From the NCBI GenBank assembly GCA_963755425.1, contig CAVWJI010000002.1, positions 254,299 through 318,298 on the forward strand: a stretch of 64,000 bases of DNA, in the 5' to 3' direction. Below, one piece after another: positions 1 to 10,530 of this stretch. Both the position numbers and the translations under genes were made by a program. Every line of letters starts with the position of its first letter. Positions within the stretch are counted from its first letter, which is position 1. The notes under the pieces were generated by a model. The model saw nothing but the letters and a program-made list of their open reading frames with translations. It searched no databases and was not told the DNA's origin. Source of the DNA: an uncultured Gemmatimonadales bacterium. Lineage in GTDB: Bacteria > Gemmatimonadota > Gemmatimonadetes > Gemmatimonadales > GWC2-71-9.

Positions 1-1662
1 CGGCAACATCGTCTTGAGCTGGTCCAGCGGGATGATCCCTTCCTTGACCAGGGCCAGCGCGTGATCGCGCAACGGCATCAACCCGGCCGTCATGGCGTGG
101 TGGCGCAGTTCGTCGACGGTGGCGTTGTGCGAGATCGCCAACCGCAGCGCTGGCGACGCCGGGAGATACTCGACCACGGCGATCCGCCCGTAGCCGCCGG
201 TGCCGCGGCAATGCTCGCACCCGGCGCCCTTGAAGAATTTCATGTCCGCCGGAACGCCGTCCGGAAAGACTTCGGCGACCAGGGTGGCATCGGGCTTGTC
301 CGGCACGCGGCAGCCGTCGCAGACCCGTCGCGCCAGCCGCTGCGAGAAGACCGCCAGCAATTCGCTGCCGATCGAGTTGGGGTGCATGCCGAGATCGCGA
401 AGCCGTTGGACCGCGTCGACCGAATCGTTGCAGTGCAGCGTCGAGAGCACCAGGTGCCCGGTCTGCGACGCCCGCAGCGCTTCCAGCGCGGTTTCGGCGT
501 CGCGGATCTCGCCGACCAGGATCACATCGGGATCCTCGCGCACGAAGGCGCGCATCGCATCGGCGAACTCGAAGCCGATTTCCGGCTTGACCTGCGTCTG
601 TTGTACACCGTCGAGCGCGTACTCGATCGGATCCTCGACCGTGATCACCTTGCGGGTCGCGTCCGATGCCAGCACCTGCAGGCCGGCGTACAGCGTGGTC
701 GACTTCCCCGACCCGGTCGGGCCGACCACCAGGATCAGACCGCCCGGCGAGTCGAGCAGCCGCCGGTACACCGCCGCCACCTGTTCGGGAAATCCCAGCT
801 CGTTGATGCCGACCAGCGTCGTGTCCTGCGGCAGCAGGCGCATCACCACGTGTTCGCCGTGCAGGCAGGGCTGCGTCTGCACCCGGATGTCGAAGACCTG
901 CTTTCCCGAGCGGGTCACGAACCGGCCGCCCTGTGGCAGACGATGCTCGGCGATATCGAGTCCCGAGCGGATCTTGATCACGTTGACCAGCCCCATCCGC
1001 TGCACGTCGGTCAATTGATAGTGCTTGAGATCCCGCAGATCGCCGTCGACGCGCAGCCGGACCCGGGTCCGGCCCCGGTAGGTCTCGACGTGAATGTCGC
1101 TGGCCCGTTCGCCCACCGCGTCGAGCAGCATCTCGTCGAGCAATCGCTGCGCGTATTCATTGGTCGCGGGGTCGAGTCCCAACAGGTCTTCCGCCTGACG
1201 GACCGGCGGTGCCGCCGCCTGTTCCTTCCCGGCCTGTTCCAGGTCGAGCGCCATCCGCAGCCGCCGCAGATCGGTGGGCGTGACCACCACCTGGTCGACC
1301 TTTTCGGCGCCGAGCGCCGATCCGAGTCCGGGGACTTCGAGAAACGGGTCGCTGGTCGCCACCACCAGGTGGCCGTTGAGCTTCCGGATCGGCAGGACGT
1401 GGTTGTATTCCTGAAACCGTTGCGACACCGAGCGCGCCAGTCCGGGATCGATGTCGGCGAGCAGTTCGTCGCTGCTGTGATAGGGAATGCCGTGAATACT
1501 GGCGAGCGCGCGATACACGTCGCGCTCTTCGAGAACGCCCTGATCGATCAGCGTCTCGCCGAGCGGCCGCTTCTGGCGCTTGGCTTCGGTCACGGCCTTG
1601 TCGATCTGCTCCGGGGTAACCATGCCGGCGCGGACCAGCTCCGCCCCGAGTCTCATCGGCAT
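1..1662 (-). CDS. GspE/PilB family type II secretion / type IV pilus ATPase with N-terminal MshEN-like motif; runs off the left edge
   Basis: Manual translation: MPMRLGAELVRAGMVTPEQIDKA...RPLGETLIDQG, ASDIHVE, RLRVDG, Walker A GPTGSGKST (~697-723), REDPDVI. Missing from the ORF track because the stop lies outside the window. Confidence 0.92.
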   Translation of the reverse strand, partial: MPMRLGAELVRAGMVTPEQIDKAVTEAKRQKRPLGETLIDQGVLEERDVYRALASIHGIPYHSSDELLADIDPGLARSVSQRFQEYNHVLPIRKLNGHLVVATSDPFLEVPGLGSALGAEKVDQVVVTPTDLRRLRMALDLEQAGKEQAAAPPVRQAEDLLGLDPATNEYAQRLLDEMLLDAVGERASDIHVETYRGRTRVRLRVDGDLRDLKHYQLTDVQRMGLVNVIKIRSGLDIAEHRLPQGGRFVTRSGKQVFDIRVQTQPCLHGEHVVMRLLPQDTTLVGINELGFPEQVAAVYRRLLDSPGGLILVVGPTGSGKSTTLYAGLQVLASDATRKVITVEDPIEYALDGVQQTQVKPEIGFEFADAMRAFVREDPDVILVGEIRDAETALEALRASQTGHLVLSTLHCNDSVDAVQRLRDLGMHPNSIGSELLAVFSQRLARRVCDGCRVPDKPDATLVAEVFPDGVPADMKFFKGAGCEHCRGTGGYGRIAVVEYLPASPALRLAISHNATVDELRHHAMTAGLMPLRDHALALVKEGIIPLDQLKTMLP

Positions 1663-1704
1663 CGTGCTACTGTCCCGCGCCGCGGATGGCGCCGGCGTGC
1701 CCGG

Positions 1705-2337
1705 TCACATCGTCCCCACCATCACCCGCGGCGCCCAGGCCGGCTCGGCAGCCTTGGGGGTCGAGGGGGCGCGACCGGGTCGATCGGCCCCCGCCGTGAC
1801 CGGCTTCTGGAGCGCGCCGGCAAAGCCACGGGCGAAGGCCCGCAGTTCGGCCCAATCGGTGTATTCGTAGTCGCGGCTGGTGTCGGTGTCGCCGCCCGCT
1901 TTGGCGACGATCCGCTGCATGGCGCGGCGCTTGAGCCAGCCATATCGCGTGTACTTGAGCGCTCCGGCCACGAACTTCACCTCGCCGGGCGTCCACCGGG
2001 TCCGGGCGGCGAACCGGCGCACGCTCTGGTCAAGATCGCGACGCGCCCGTTCGGTCTGCTCGAGCATCCCGAGACAGACGCCCAGGAATGCCGCCGGCCG
2101 CTCACCGAGTGCGGCGGCGTTCCGGCGGACCCAACGCACCACGTTCCGCTGATACCGCCCGGCATGCAACGAGGCCGCGACGATCACCCCGTCGTAACGC
2201 CACGCCCTGGCAGGCGCCGCTCCCGCGCGGATCAGGTCGACGCCAAGTCCATGGCCGCGCAGTTCTTCCGCGAGATACGCGCCGATCTTTTCCGTCTGGC
2301 CGTCGGTGGTACCGTACGTGATGAGCACTCGCGCCAT
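1705..2337 (-). CDS. hemG: Flavodoxin-domain protein, HemG-like protoporphyrinogen oxidase
   Basis: VLITYGTTDGQTEKI FMN loop, AGALKYTRYGWLKR, DTSRDYEYTDW typical of HemG/Flavodoxin_5. Confidence 0.75.
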   Translation of the reverse strand: MARVLITYGTTDGQTEKIGAYLAEELRGHGLGVDLIRAGAAPARAWRYDGVIVAASLHAGRYQRNVVRWVRRNAAALGERPAAFLGVCLGMLEQTERARRDLDQSVRRFAARTRWTPGEVKFVAGALKYTRYGWLKRRAMQRIVAKAGGDTDTSRDYEYTDWAELRAFARGFAGALQKPVTAGADRPGRAPSTPKAAEPAWAPRVMVGTM

Positions 2338-2417
2338 GGCGATACCCTCCCGTGATGGTCAGCGGGATCATCGCCGTGCCGCGGTGGTACCACCATGAAA
2401 AACCGATGAAGGATTCT

Positions 2418-3000
2418 TCAGGTACGGCGGCGCCACGGCCGTGGCACCAGCGCCGGCACCGCCGTTCGGTACTCCAGGTACTGGGCGCCGAATTTGCCCA
2501 TCAACAGCCGCTCTTCCTGTCCGGCCTTGATCACGAATCCTGCCGCCACCAGCACGAACCCCACGGCGGCGGCGGCAGTGGCTTCCATGATCGCGGTACC
2601 GAAGAGCGCCAGCAGCAGGCCGGTGTAGATCGGATGGCGCACCAGGGCGTACGGCCCGGTACGGATGATGGCGTGCGACGCCTTGAGTGTGGGCATGACG
2701 CTCCAGTATTGCCCCAGCACGCGCCGCGCCTGGATGGTGAACGCCAGCCCGACGACGACGCATGCCAGGCCGAACCACGCGAGTGACACCGCCGGCAGCA
2801 ATCGCACCTGGCGGAGCACACCCGGTCCGCGCGGATCGGCAATCAGCAGCACGACGCCGACGATGGTCGGCACCCCGTTCGCCAATCGGTCCCTGACCGG
2901 CTGTACGATGACGCCACCCCGATTGGACCAGCCCGCTCAGGCGCCAGCCGACGAACCAGGCGATCCACAGGACGACAATCGAGATGCGGGGAAAGGACAT
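2418..3000 (-). CDS. Isoprenylcysteine carboxyl methyltransferase (ICMT/PEMT) family membrane protein, one frameshift near 2890-2920
   Basis: N-terminal TM segment in ORF 2368..3000; GPYALVRHPIY, EERLL and YRTAVP motifs in ORF 2418..2885. Confidence 0.8.
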
Positions 3001-3317
3001 CAGCCGGCTGACCTGCCGTCGGAGAGTGGTGACGACTGCGTCGCGATCAGGTGCTGCCGTTCAACAATAACACGGCGCTGATCACGACCCGACGGGGTGT
3101 TTCCCGGTCTGGTGCGTGTCGCGAACGCCATGGCGAGCCGATCGCCGGTTCCCGGGCGCGCCGGCGGGGCAGGACCCCTGCCCTGCCGTGACGCCGGATC
3201 GGTCCGCGGAACGCCACGGAACCGGGGTGCATCGACAACTGCGCCGGAGCCCGATATTCTCTTTCCACCGCCCGCACGACGGGCATGCCAACGGTCGATC
3301 GTCAACGGGAGCGTCGC

Positions 3318-4434
3318 ATGAGCGGAGTCCGGGTGTTGGTCGGCACGCACAAGGGAGCGTTCATTCTCACCTCCGATGCGGGCCGGGCGAAGTGGAAGGT
3401 CTCCGGGTCCCCATCTTTCAGGCTGGGACATCTACCACCTCAAGGGATCGCCGGTCGACCCCGACCGGATCTACGCCTCGCAGACCAGTTCCTGGTTCGG
3501 GCAGGTGGTGCAGCGCTCCGACGACGGCGGCCGGACCTGGAACGCCGTCGGCAACGAGTTCAAGTACGACGGCATCCCCGGCACCCACCAGTGGTACGAC
3601 GGCACGCCGCACCCCTGGGAGTTCAAGCGGGTCTGGCACCTGGAGCCGTCGCTGACCGAGCGCGACACGGTCTATGCCGGCATCGAGGACGCGGCGCTGT
3701 TCCGGTCCACCGACGGCGGCCAGAGCTGGCACGAACTCTCCGGCCTGCGCGGCCACGGCACCGGCCCCAGGTGGTCGCCGGGTGCCGGCGGGATGTGTCT
3801 CCACACCATCGTGCTCGATCGCGGCAACCCGCAGCGGATGTTCATCGCCATCTCGGCCGCGGGAGCGTTCCGCAGCGATGACGGCGGGACAGCGTGGCAA
3901 CCGATCAACCGCGGGCTGCACTCGGAATACATTCCCGACCCCAACGCCGAGGTGGGTCATTGCGTGCATCGCATCGCCATGCATCCGTCGCGGCCGGACA
4001 CGCTCTACATGCAGAAGCACTGGGACGTGATGCGGAGCGACAACGCCGGCGACAACTGGCACGAGATCAGCGGCAACCTGCCGACCGATTTCGGCTTCGT
4101 GATCGACGTGCACGCCCACGAAGCGGAAACCGTCTACGTGGTGCCGATCACCAGTGACTCGCAGCACTATCCGCCCAAGGGTCGGCTCCGCGTCTATCGC
4201 AGCCGCACCGGCGGCAACGAATGGGAGCCGCTGTCGAAAGGACTGCCGCAGCGCAACTGCTACGTGAACGTATTGCGGGACGCGATGGCGGTCGATTCGC
4301 TCGACGAGTGCGGGGTCTACTTCGGAACGACCGGCGGCCAGGTGTATGCGTCGGCAGATGGCGGCGACAGCTGGAAGGCGATCGCGAGTCACCTGCCGTC
4401 GGTGCTCTCGGTCGAAGTGCAGACGCTGGCATGA
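3318..4434 (+). CDS. BNR/Asp-box beta-propeller protein (exo-alpha-sialidase-like, WD40/YVTN), frameshift near 3410
   Basis: Start [20 protein letters not shown]; repeated SxDGGxxW Asp-boxes; ends [13 protein letters not shown]. Confidence 0.85.
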
Positions 4435-4728
4435 TCCGCGTCGCGCTGCCCGAGCCGTTGCGGGTGCTGGCGCGGATCAAGGGCGAGGTGCGGGTGACGA
4501 CCGCCGGTCCGGCCACCCAGCGAAGCGTGCTCGACGCCGTCGAGACACGCTATCCGATGCTCAAGGGCACGATCCGCGACCGCGACTCCCAGCATCGCCG
4601 GGCCGTATCTCCGATTCTACGCCTGTGAGCAGGACCTGTCGTTCGCGTCGCCCGACGCCCCCCTGCCGGAGGCGGTGGTGCGGGGGGACGAGCCCTTCCA
4701 GATCGTCGGAGCAATCGCGGGAGGGTGA
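4431..4728 (+). CDS. MoaD/ThiS ubiquitin-like protein, frameshift near 4605
   Basis: [14 protein letters not shown]...[10 protein letters not shown], then after the shift FYACEQDLS...IVGAIAGG-stop; C-terminal Gly-Gly; ATGA overlap with upstream gene. Confidence 0.8.
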
Positions 4729-4845
4729 CGGCAGGCCGGGAGCACGGAGACCGAGAGCGGCACCTGATTGTGCTGACCGGGTTCAGCCTGACCCGATCTG
4801 CCGGGCGCCCGACACCCGGCTACTCCCGGTCGTCACCCGTCGACC

Positions 4846-4872
4846 TGTCGAAATCGGTGCCCCTCATTCGAC
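4846..4872 (+). promoter_or_regulatory. Putative ECF42-type promoter (-35 TGTCGA, 17-bp spacer, -10 CGAC)
   Basis: TGTCGA 4846-4851 and CGAC 4869-4872 directly upstream of the DGPF gene; matches the TGTCGA / CG(A/T)C consensus reported for ECF42 targets. Confidence 0.7.
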
Positions 4873-4938
4873 ATCATGGTGAAGACCCGATACCCGGGAT
4901 CCCCTCGGATCGACAGTGCGCACCGCCAGGAGACAACC

Positions 4939-5334
4939 ATGCGATTCATGATGTTGATGATCCCGAAGGTGTACCAGCAGGGGCCGGTCGACCCCGGTTT
5001 CGCGCCCGACGCGGCAGCGGTGGCGGCAATGGTGAGGTTCAACGAATCGCTCAGCAAGGCCGGTGTGCTGCTGGCGCTCGACGGCCTGCACCCCCGTCAA
5101 GCCGGATGCCGCGTTGCCTACGGCGGCGGCAGGTCGACCGTGCTGGACGGTCCGTACAGCGAGACCAAGGAAGTGCTCGGCGGCTTCTGGATCATCCAGG
5201 CCAAGTCGTTCGACGAAGCGCGGGCGTGGGCCCTCCGGGTCCCGGCGGCGGACGGCGACGTCGTCGAAGTGCGCCAGGTGTTCGAGATGTCGGACTTTCC
5301 GGAAGACGTGCGGAAGGCGGCCGGCACGGCGTGA
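4939..5334 (+). CDS. YciI/DGPF family protein
   Basis: MRFMMLM start with AGGAG RBS; DGPYSETKEVLGGFWII and VEVRQV motifs. Confidence 0.9.
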   Translation: MRFMMLMIPKVYQQGPVDPGFAPDAAAVAAMVRFNESLSKAGVLLALDGLHPRQAGCRVAYGGGRSTVLDGPYSETKEVLGGFWIIQAKSFDEARAWALRVPAADGDVVEVRQVFEMSDFPEDVRKAAGTA

Positions 5335-6593
5335 GCGAGCCGCACGACGTTCGCCGCACGATCGAGGCAGTCTGGCGTATCGAGGCTCCGCGCCTGATCG
5401 CCTCGCTGACGCGGTACGCCGGCGACGTCGGCACCGCCGAAGACCTGGCGCAGGACGCGCTGGTCGCGGCGCTGGAGCAGTGGCCCGACCGCGGCATTCC
5501 GGACAATCCCGCCGCGTGGCTGATGACCACCGCCAAACGCCGCGCGATCGACCTGATCCGGCGGGCGCACATGCTCGAGCGCAAGCACGGCGAACTGGGC
5601 GCCGAGCTGACGCAGCTGGAACAGGCGCGGCCCGATTTCGATACGGCGGTCGACGACCCGGTGGGCGACGATCTCCTCGGCCTGATCTTCATCGCCTGTC
5701 ACCCGGTGCTGCCGCCGGAAGCGCGGGTCGCATTGACGCTGCGACTGCTCGGCGGATTGACGACGGACGAGATTGCCCGCGCGTTTCTCGTCTCGACCGC
5801 CACGGTCGCCCAGCGGATCGTGCGCGCCAGGCGGACGCTGGCTGAAGCGCATGTGCCGTTCGAGGTTCCCCGGGGCGACGAGCTCACGGCCCGGCTTCCC
5901 GCCGTGCTCAGTGTCATCTATCTCATCTTCAACGAAGGCTACTCCGCCACCAGCGGCGCTGAATGGTTCCGTACCGAGCTCTGTCACGAAGCGCTGCGCC
6001 TCGGGCGCGTGGTTGCCGGGCTGGTACCCGACGAGCCGGAACCGCACGGCCTGGTCGCGTTGATGGAGCTGCAGGCGTCGCGGTTGCGGGCGCGGGTGGG
6101 AGCCGACGGCGAACCGGTGCTGCTGCTCGACCAGGACCGGGCGCGGTGGGATCACGTCGGCATCCGCCGCGGCATTGCGGCCCTGGCGCGAGCCAGCCGG
6201 GCGGGCGGGGCGCTTGGGCCCTATGCGCTGCAGGCGGCGATCGCCTCGGGCCATGCCACCGCTCGCACGGCGGCCGACACCGATTGGGAGCGCATCGTGG
6301 CCCTCTACGATGCGCTCACCGAGGTGCAGCCTTCACCGGTGGTACAGCTCAACCGGGCGGTGGCGGTGGGCATGGCCTACGGCCCGACGGCAGCGCTCGA
6401 AATCGTCGACCGGCTGGCGGGCGAACCGGCGCTCCAGTCGTACCATCTCCTGCCGACGGTGCGTGGCGACCTGCTGCAGAAGCTGGGCCGGCTCGACGAG
6501 GCGGGGCGCGAATTCGAGCGGGCCGCGTCGCTCACCGCCAACGCGCGCGAACGGACCCTGCTCCTGGCGCGTGCCGAGGCGTGCCGCAGGTAA
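5331..6593 (+). CDS. ECF sigma factor with C-terminal TPR extension (ECF42 type)
   Basis: AEDLAQDA, NPAAWL, CHPVL, YLIFNEGY, DQDRARWD, GPYALQAAI, LNRAVA; paired with a DGPF gene. Confidence 0.9.
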   Translation: MSEPHDVRRTIEAVWRIEAPRLIASLTRYAGDVGTAEDLAQDALVAALEQWPDRGIPDNPAAWLMTTAKRRAIDLIRRAHMLERKHGELGAELTQLEQARPDFDTAVDDPVGDDLLGLIFIACHPVLPPEARVALTLRLLGGLTTDEIARAFLVSTATVAQRIVRARRTLAEAHVPFEVPRGDELTARLPAVLSVIYLIFNEGYSATSGAEWFRTELCHEALRLGRVVAGLVPDEPEPHGLVALMELQASRLRARVGADGEPVLLLDQDRARWDHVGIRRGIAALARASRAGGALGPYALQAAIASGHATARTAADTDWERIVALYDALTEVQPSPVVQLNRAVAVGMAYGPTAALEIVDRLAGEPALQSYHLLPTVRGDLLQKLGRLDEAGREFERAASLTANARERTLLLARAEACRR

Positions 6594-6613
6594 CGGCGGC
6601 CCGGCACCCCCAT

Positions 6614-6642
6614 TGAACTTCCCGCCGTCCCGGTTCGTCCTA
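6614..6642 (+). promoter_or_regulatory. Putative ECF autoregulatory promoter (TGAACTT...CGTCCTA)
   Basis: GAAC at -35 and CGTC at -10 with typical ECF spacing, just upstream of an ECF sigma gene. Confidence 0.5.
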
Positions 6643-6712
6643 CCCCTGAGCGCCTTTCTCTGACCCGGATGGCCCGACGACCGCCTGTGCCGTATCCCCC
6701 GACGCCGTTCGG

Positions 6713-7108
6713 TTGCAGCTGCTCGTCATGCGGTGCCAGGCGGGCGACGAGCGCGCATTCGGGCGACTGATGGAAATGTTCGGCGATCGCACGCGGCGCT
6801 ATCTGCAGCAGCTGGTCGGCGATGCGGCGGACGACGTGTACCAGGAGGTGTGGCTCGCGGTGTATCGCAACATCCATGGCCTGGTCAATCCGCGGGCATT
6901 CCGCACCGGGCTCTTCCGGACCACGAGGCATCGCGCCATCGACTGCCTGCGGCAGCGGCACCTCGAGCAGCGCCTGTTCGTCGATCTCGACCCGTCGGCA
7001 GAGTTGGCGGCACCTGATGCCTCCGAAACCCCGGCGTCGCTTGCTGAACTCGATCTCGCCATGACCGGACTCCCGCCGCTGCACCGGGAAGTGTTGCAGC
7101 TGCGATAG
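6713..7108 (+). pseudogene. Truncated ECF sigma factor (region 2 intact, region 4 cut after its first helix)
   Basis: CQAGDERAF, DDVYQEVWLAVY, then LPPLHREVLQLR-stop, missing the region 4 HTH. Confidence 0.65.
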
Positions 7109-7204
7109 ACCGCAACATCACAGAGTCGTTCCGCGTGGGACACGATCAACGCCGACAAGCGCCTGGACCGGATCATTCGACGGGTTGGTGGTACGGCATG
7201 GACG

Positions 7205-7477
7205 TTGACCCTGCTCCTGCTGATCGCCTACGGCGTCATGACCGGTATCCGGATCGCTCACCTGGCCCGGTCGATGGCGGTCGGTGGCCTGGGACAGGAC
7301 GTGAATCTCGGTGCGGTAGCACGCTTTGCCGCCGTGCTCGGCGGACTGAGCCTGCTGGTCGCCGTGCTCTGCACCGTCGGGATCTTCCTGCGGATGCGGA
7401 CGGCGAGTCTGGCCGAGTTCCAGCTCCGGCTGGTGGCCCTGGAAGACATGCCGGCGCAGCGCGGTGACGAGGCCTGA
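7205..7477 (+). pseudogene. C-terminal remnant of a membrane protein (probable ECF partner / anti-sigma)
   Basis: Two TM segments plus RTASLAEFQLRLVALE coiled-coil tail; no clear start; follows the truncated sigma. Confidence 0.4.
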
Positions 7478-7567
7478 GATCCGCCCGGCTCGATGCCAGC
7501 GACCGGTTGGCCGCGGCGCCGGCGCCGTGGCTCGCGATGACGGCGCGCGCCAACGATGGCATCGGGT

Positions 7568-7960
7568 TCAGGGTCGCGCCGCGGCCAGCACGGCCGCGAT
7601 CGTCTCGGCGATGCCGCCGAGGACGACGAAGACCAGTCCCCAGAGCGCCAGCCGGAACGCCCGATCACGCTCCAGTGTGTCGGCGTCTTCGTAGGCCGTT
7701 TCCACCTGTTCGACTCGGCTCGCGAAGGTGGCGTCGATTGCCGCGACTGCTGCCTCGTGCTCACCGGTGGGCAAGAGCGCACCGGGATCCGCCAGCGAGC
7801 GCACCGTGTCGTCGCGGTCCCGGTCCGCCGCATCCAACCGGGCGGTGCGCCGGTGGCGGCGCTTCAGGCGCACCGGCGCACGAAGCACGTCGTAGGCAAG
7901 CAGCCCTGCGCCGGCGGTCGTCAGGGCGGGACCAAGAACGGTCAGTACTTCCCGGAGCAT
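7568..7960 (-). CDS. Hypothetical membrane protein (TM, charged helical region, TM)
   Basis: ATG with GGAG upstream; hydrophobic ends flanking a charged helical segment. Confidence 0.5.
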   Translation of the reverse strand: MLREVLTVLGPALTTAGAGLLAYDVLRAPVRLKRRHRRTARLDAADRDRDDTVRSLADPGALLPTGEHEAAVAAIDATFASRVEQVETAYEDADTLERDRAFRLALWGLVFVVLGGIAETIAAVLAAARP

Positions 7961-8149
7961 CGGTAGTTCTCCCTGGGCGCGAGGTCGACACGATGGTACC
8001 CGGCCATCATCGGGTCGCGGCACGGCACAAGATATCTCGCGCCGCGTCGCATGGCGCTCGCCCTGCAGCCTTCGACCGCGACCGCCGTGAACGGCGGCAT
8101 GTCGTTAACTTGGACAGGACGGCTTGACGGACAGCGATCGGCGGCGGCG

Positions 8150-9172
8150 ATGCAGTTGGGAATGATCGGACTGGGGCGCATGGGCGCCAACATGGTACGC
8201 CGCCTGATGCGGGGCGGGCACCAATGCGTGGTCTACGACACCGCGCCGGCGGCGGTCGCAGCCCTTGCCGGTGAAGGGGCGGTGGGCGCCACGACACTCG
8301 ACGAATTCGTCAAGCAGCTGGAGCGCCCCCGCGCCGTGTGGCTCATGGTGCCGGCCGGCGTGGTGGACCGGACGCTCGATGCGCTCCTCCCGGCTGTCCG
8401 CCGGCGACATCGTGATCGACGGCGGCAACTCGTACTATCGCGACGATCTCCTGCGGCGCCAAGCGGCTCGCCGGGCTCGGGCTGCATCACGTCGATTGCG
8501 GCACCAGCGGCGGCGTCGTCGGCCTCGAGCGCGGGTATTGCCTGATGATCGGCGGCGAGCCGGAAGCGGTCGTGCGCGGCTCGACCCGATCTTTGCCACG
8601 CTCGCGCCGGGCGCGGGGCTGTCGCCCAGGACGCCCGGGCCGCGAAGGGCGCGGCGGCACCGCCGAGCAGGGTTATCTGCATTGCGGCCCCAACGGGGCC
8701 GGCCATTTCGTCAAGATGGTGCACAACGGCATCGAGTACGGCATGATGGCGGCGTATGCCGAGGGGTTGAACATCCTCAAGCACGCCGCCGTCGGGAAGC
8801 ATCCGGAGGCCGCGGATGCCGAAACCACGCCGCTTCGCGATCCTGCCGCCTATCAGTACGACCTCGACCTGCCGGACATTGCGGAAGTCTGGCGCCGCGG
8901 CAGCGTCATCGCGTCGTGGCTGCTGGACCTCACCGCCGCGGCCCTCGCGGCCGATCCCGACCTGGACCATTTCCGGGGGCGGGTGTCCGATTCGGGCGAA
9001 GGGCGCTGGACCATTGCAGGCGGCAATCGACGAAGCGGTGCCGGCCACCGTACTTGCGGCGGCGCTCTTCGCGCGCTTCAGTTCGCGCGGCGAGGCCGAC
9101 TTTCAGAACCGCCTCCTCTCCGCGATGCGCGCCGAGTTCGGCGGCCATGCGGAGAAGAGTGCGCCCGCCTGA
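8150..9172 (+). CDS. gnd: 6-phosphogluconate dehydrogenase (decarboxylating, short GntZ-type), several frameshifts
   Basis: [47 protein letters not shown] spread across frames. Confidence 0.92.
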
Positions 9173-9197
9173 TCCCGGACCGACCGTTCCCGTGACG

Positions 9198-10530
9198 ATG
9201 CCGCCCGGGGCAGACCACCCCGACGCGGCGGAAGTCGCGGCTGCTCGACACCATCCAGCGCGAAGCGTTCAATTACTTCCTGCCACGAAACCCACCCGGC
9301 CAACGGATTGGTGGTCGATTCCACCCGCCCCGCATGCCCCGGCGAGCATCGCGGCAGTGGGGCTGGGGCTCACCGCGTTGCCGGTCGCCGTGGAGCGGGG
9401 ATTCCTGTCGCGCGCCGATGCCGTCGCCACGCGCGCTGGCCACGTTGCGGTTCTTCTGGAACAGCAGCCAGGGGCCGGAGCCCGACGCCACCGGGTACCG
9501 GGGTTTCTACTATCACTTCCTCGACATGCACACCGGCGCGCGGACGTGGCAGAGCGAACTCTCGACCGTCGATACCGCCCTCCTGATCGGCGGCATGCTG
9601 ACCGTTGCGGCCTACTTTGACGCCGACCGGCCCGCCGAGCGCGAGATTCGCGAACTCGCCGATCAGCTGTACGCGCGCGTCGATTGGCAATGGGCGCAGA
9701 ACGGCGGGCTGACGGTGACGCACGGCTGGACGCCGGAGAGCGGGTTTCTGCCGTACCGCTGGAAGGGCTACGACGAGGCGTTGCTGCTGTACGTGCTCGG
9801 CCTTGGATCGGCACGCATCCGCTGCCGGCCGAAAGCTATCGAGCGTGGACGGCGTCATATCAGTGGCGAACCGTCTACGGCACGTCGTACCTGTACGCCG
9901 GGCCGCTCTTCACCCACCAGCTCTCGCATCTCTGGGTCGATTTCCGCGGGATCCAGGACGCGTTCATGCGCGAGCATCGACTGCGACTACTTCGAGAACA
10001 GCCGCCGCGCCACGCTGGCGCAGCAGGCGTATGCCATCCGAGAACCCGCGGGAATTACGCGCGGCTACGGCGACTGGTGCTGGGGGATCACCGCGAGCGA
10101 CGGGCCCGGCAACGTGACCCGACAGATCGACGGCGTCACCCGGCAATTCTTCGGCTACATGGCGCGCGGCGTGCCGGACGGCCCCGACGACGGGACACTG
10201 GCGCCGTGGGGCGTCATGGCGTCACTGCCGTTCGCGCCGGAGATCGTGCTGCCGACCATCGCGGCGTTCCGGCAGCTGCGCCTGGGTGGCGAACACCGCT
10301 ACGGCTACCGGACGACGTTCAACCCGACCTTCCCGGATCCCGGCGGATCGGCGAACGGCTGGGTCTCGCCGTGGTTTCTCGGACTCAACCAGGGACCGAT
10401 CGTCATCATGATCGAGAACCACCGCTCGGGGCTGGTGTGGCGGCTGCTGCGGAACTGCCGCCCGATCGTCGCCGGGCTGCGCGCCGCGGGGTTTACCGGC
10501 GGCTGGCTCGGCGCCGTCGCCTCGCCATGA
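9198..10530 (+). CDS. Glucoamylase-like (DUF3131 / GH144-type) putative endo-beta-1,2-glucanase, frameshifted
   Basis: GFYYHFLD, ELSTVDTALL, HGWTPESGF, YDEALLLYVLGLGS, GPLFTHQLSH, YFENSRRAT, WGITASDGP, NQGPIVIMIENHRSG. Confidence 0.82.

Noticed and set aside
61-2355. 764-aa plus-strand ORF and similar long ORFs (43462..45396, 35425..36921, 30002..31429, 24019..25230)
   Set aside because: Antisense shadows of well-supported genes; long stop-free reverse frames are expected at this GC content.
3209-3237. Minus-strand TGTCGA as a second ECF42 promoter for the ICMT gene
   Set aside because: No CG(A/T)C -10 element at 17-bp spacing.
4725-5330. N-terminal extension of the ECF42 ORF to 622 aa
   Set aside because: Overlaps the YciI gene in another frame; the real start is most likely GTG at 5331.
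8003-8018. Weak box-like GCCATC-ATCG-GGTCGC upstream of gnd, and ATCGGG-ATGT-GAGCGA at 26180
   Set aside because: Too many mismatches, or too close to the start codon, to count without a position-weight-matrix score.
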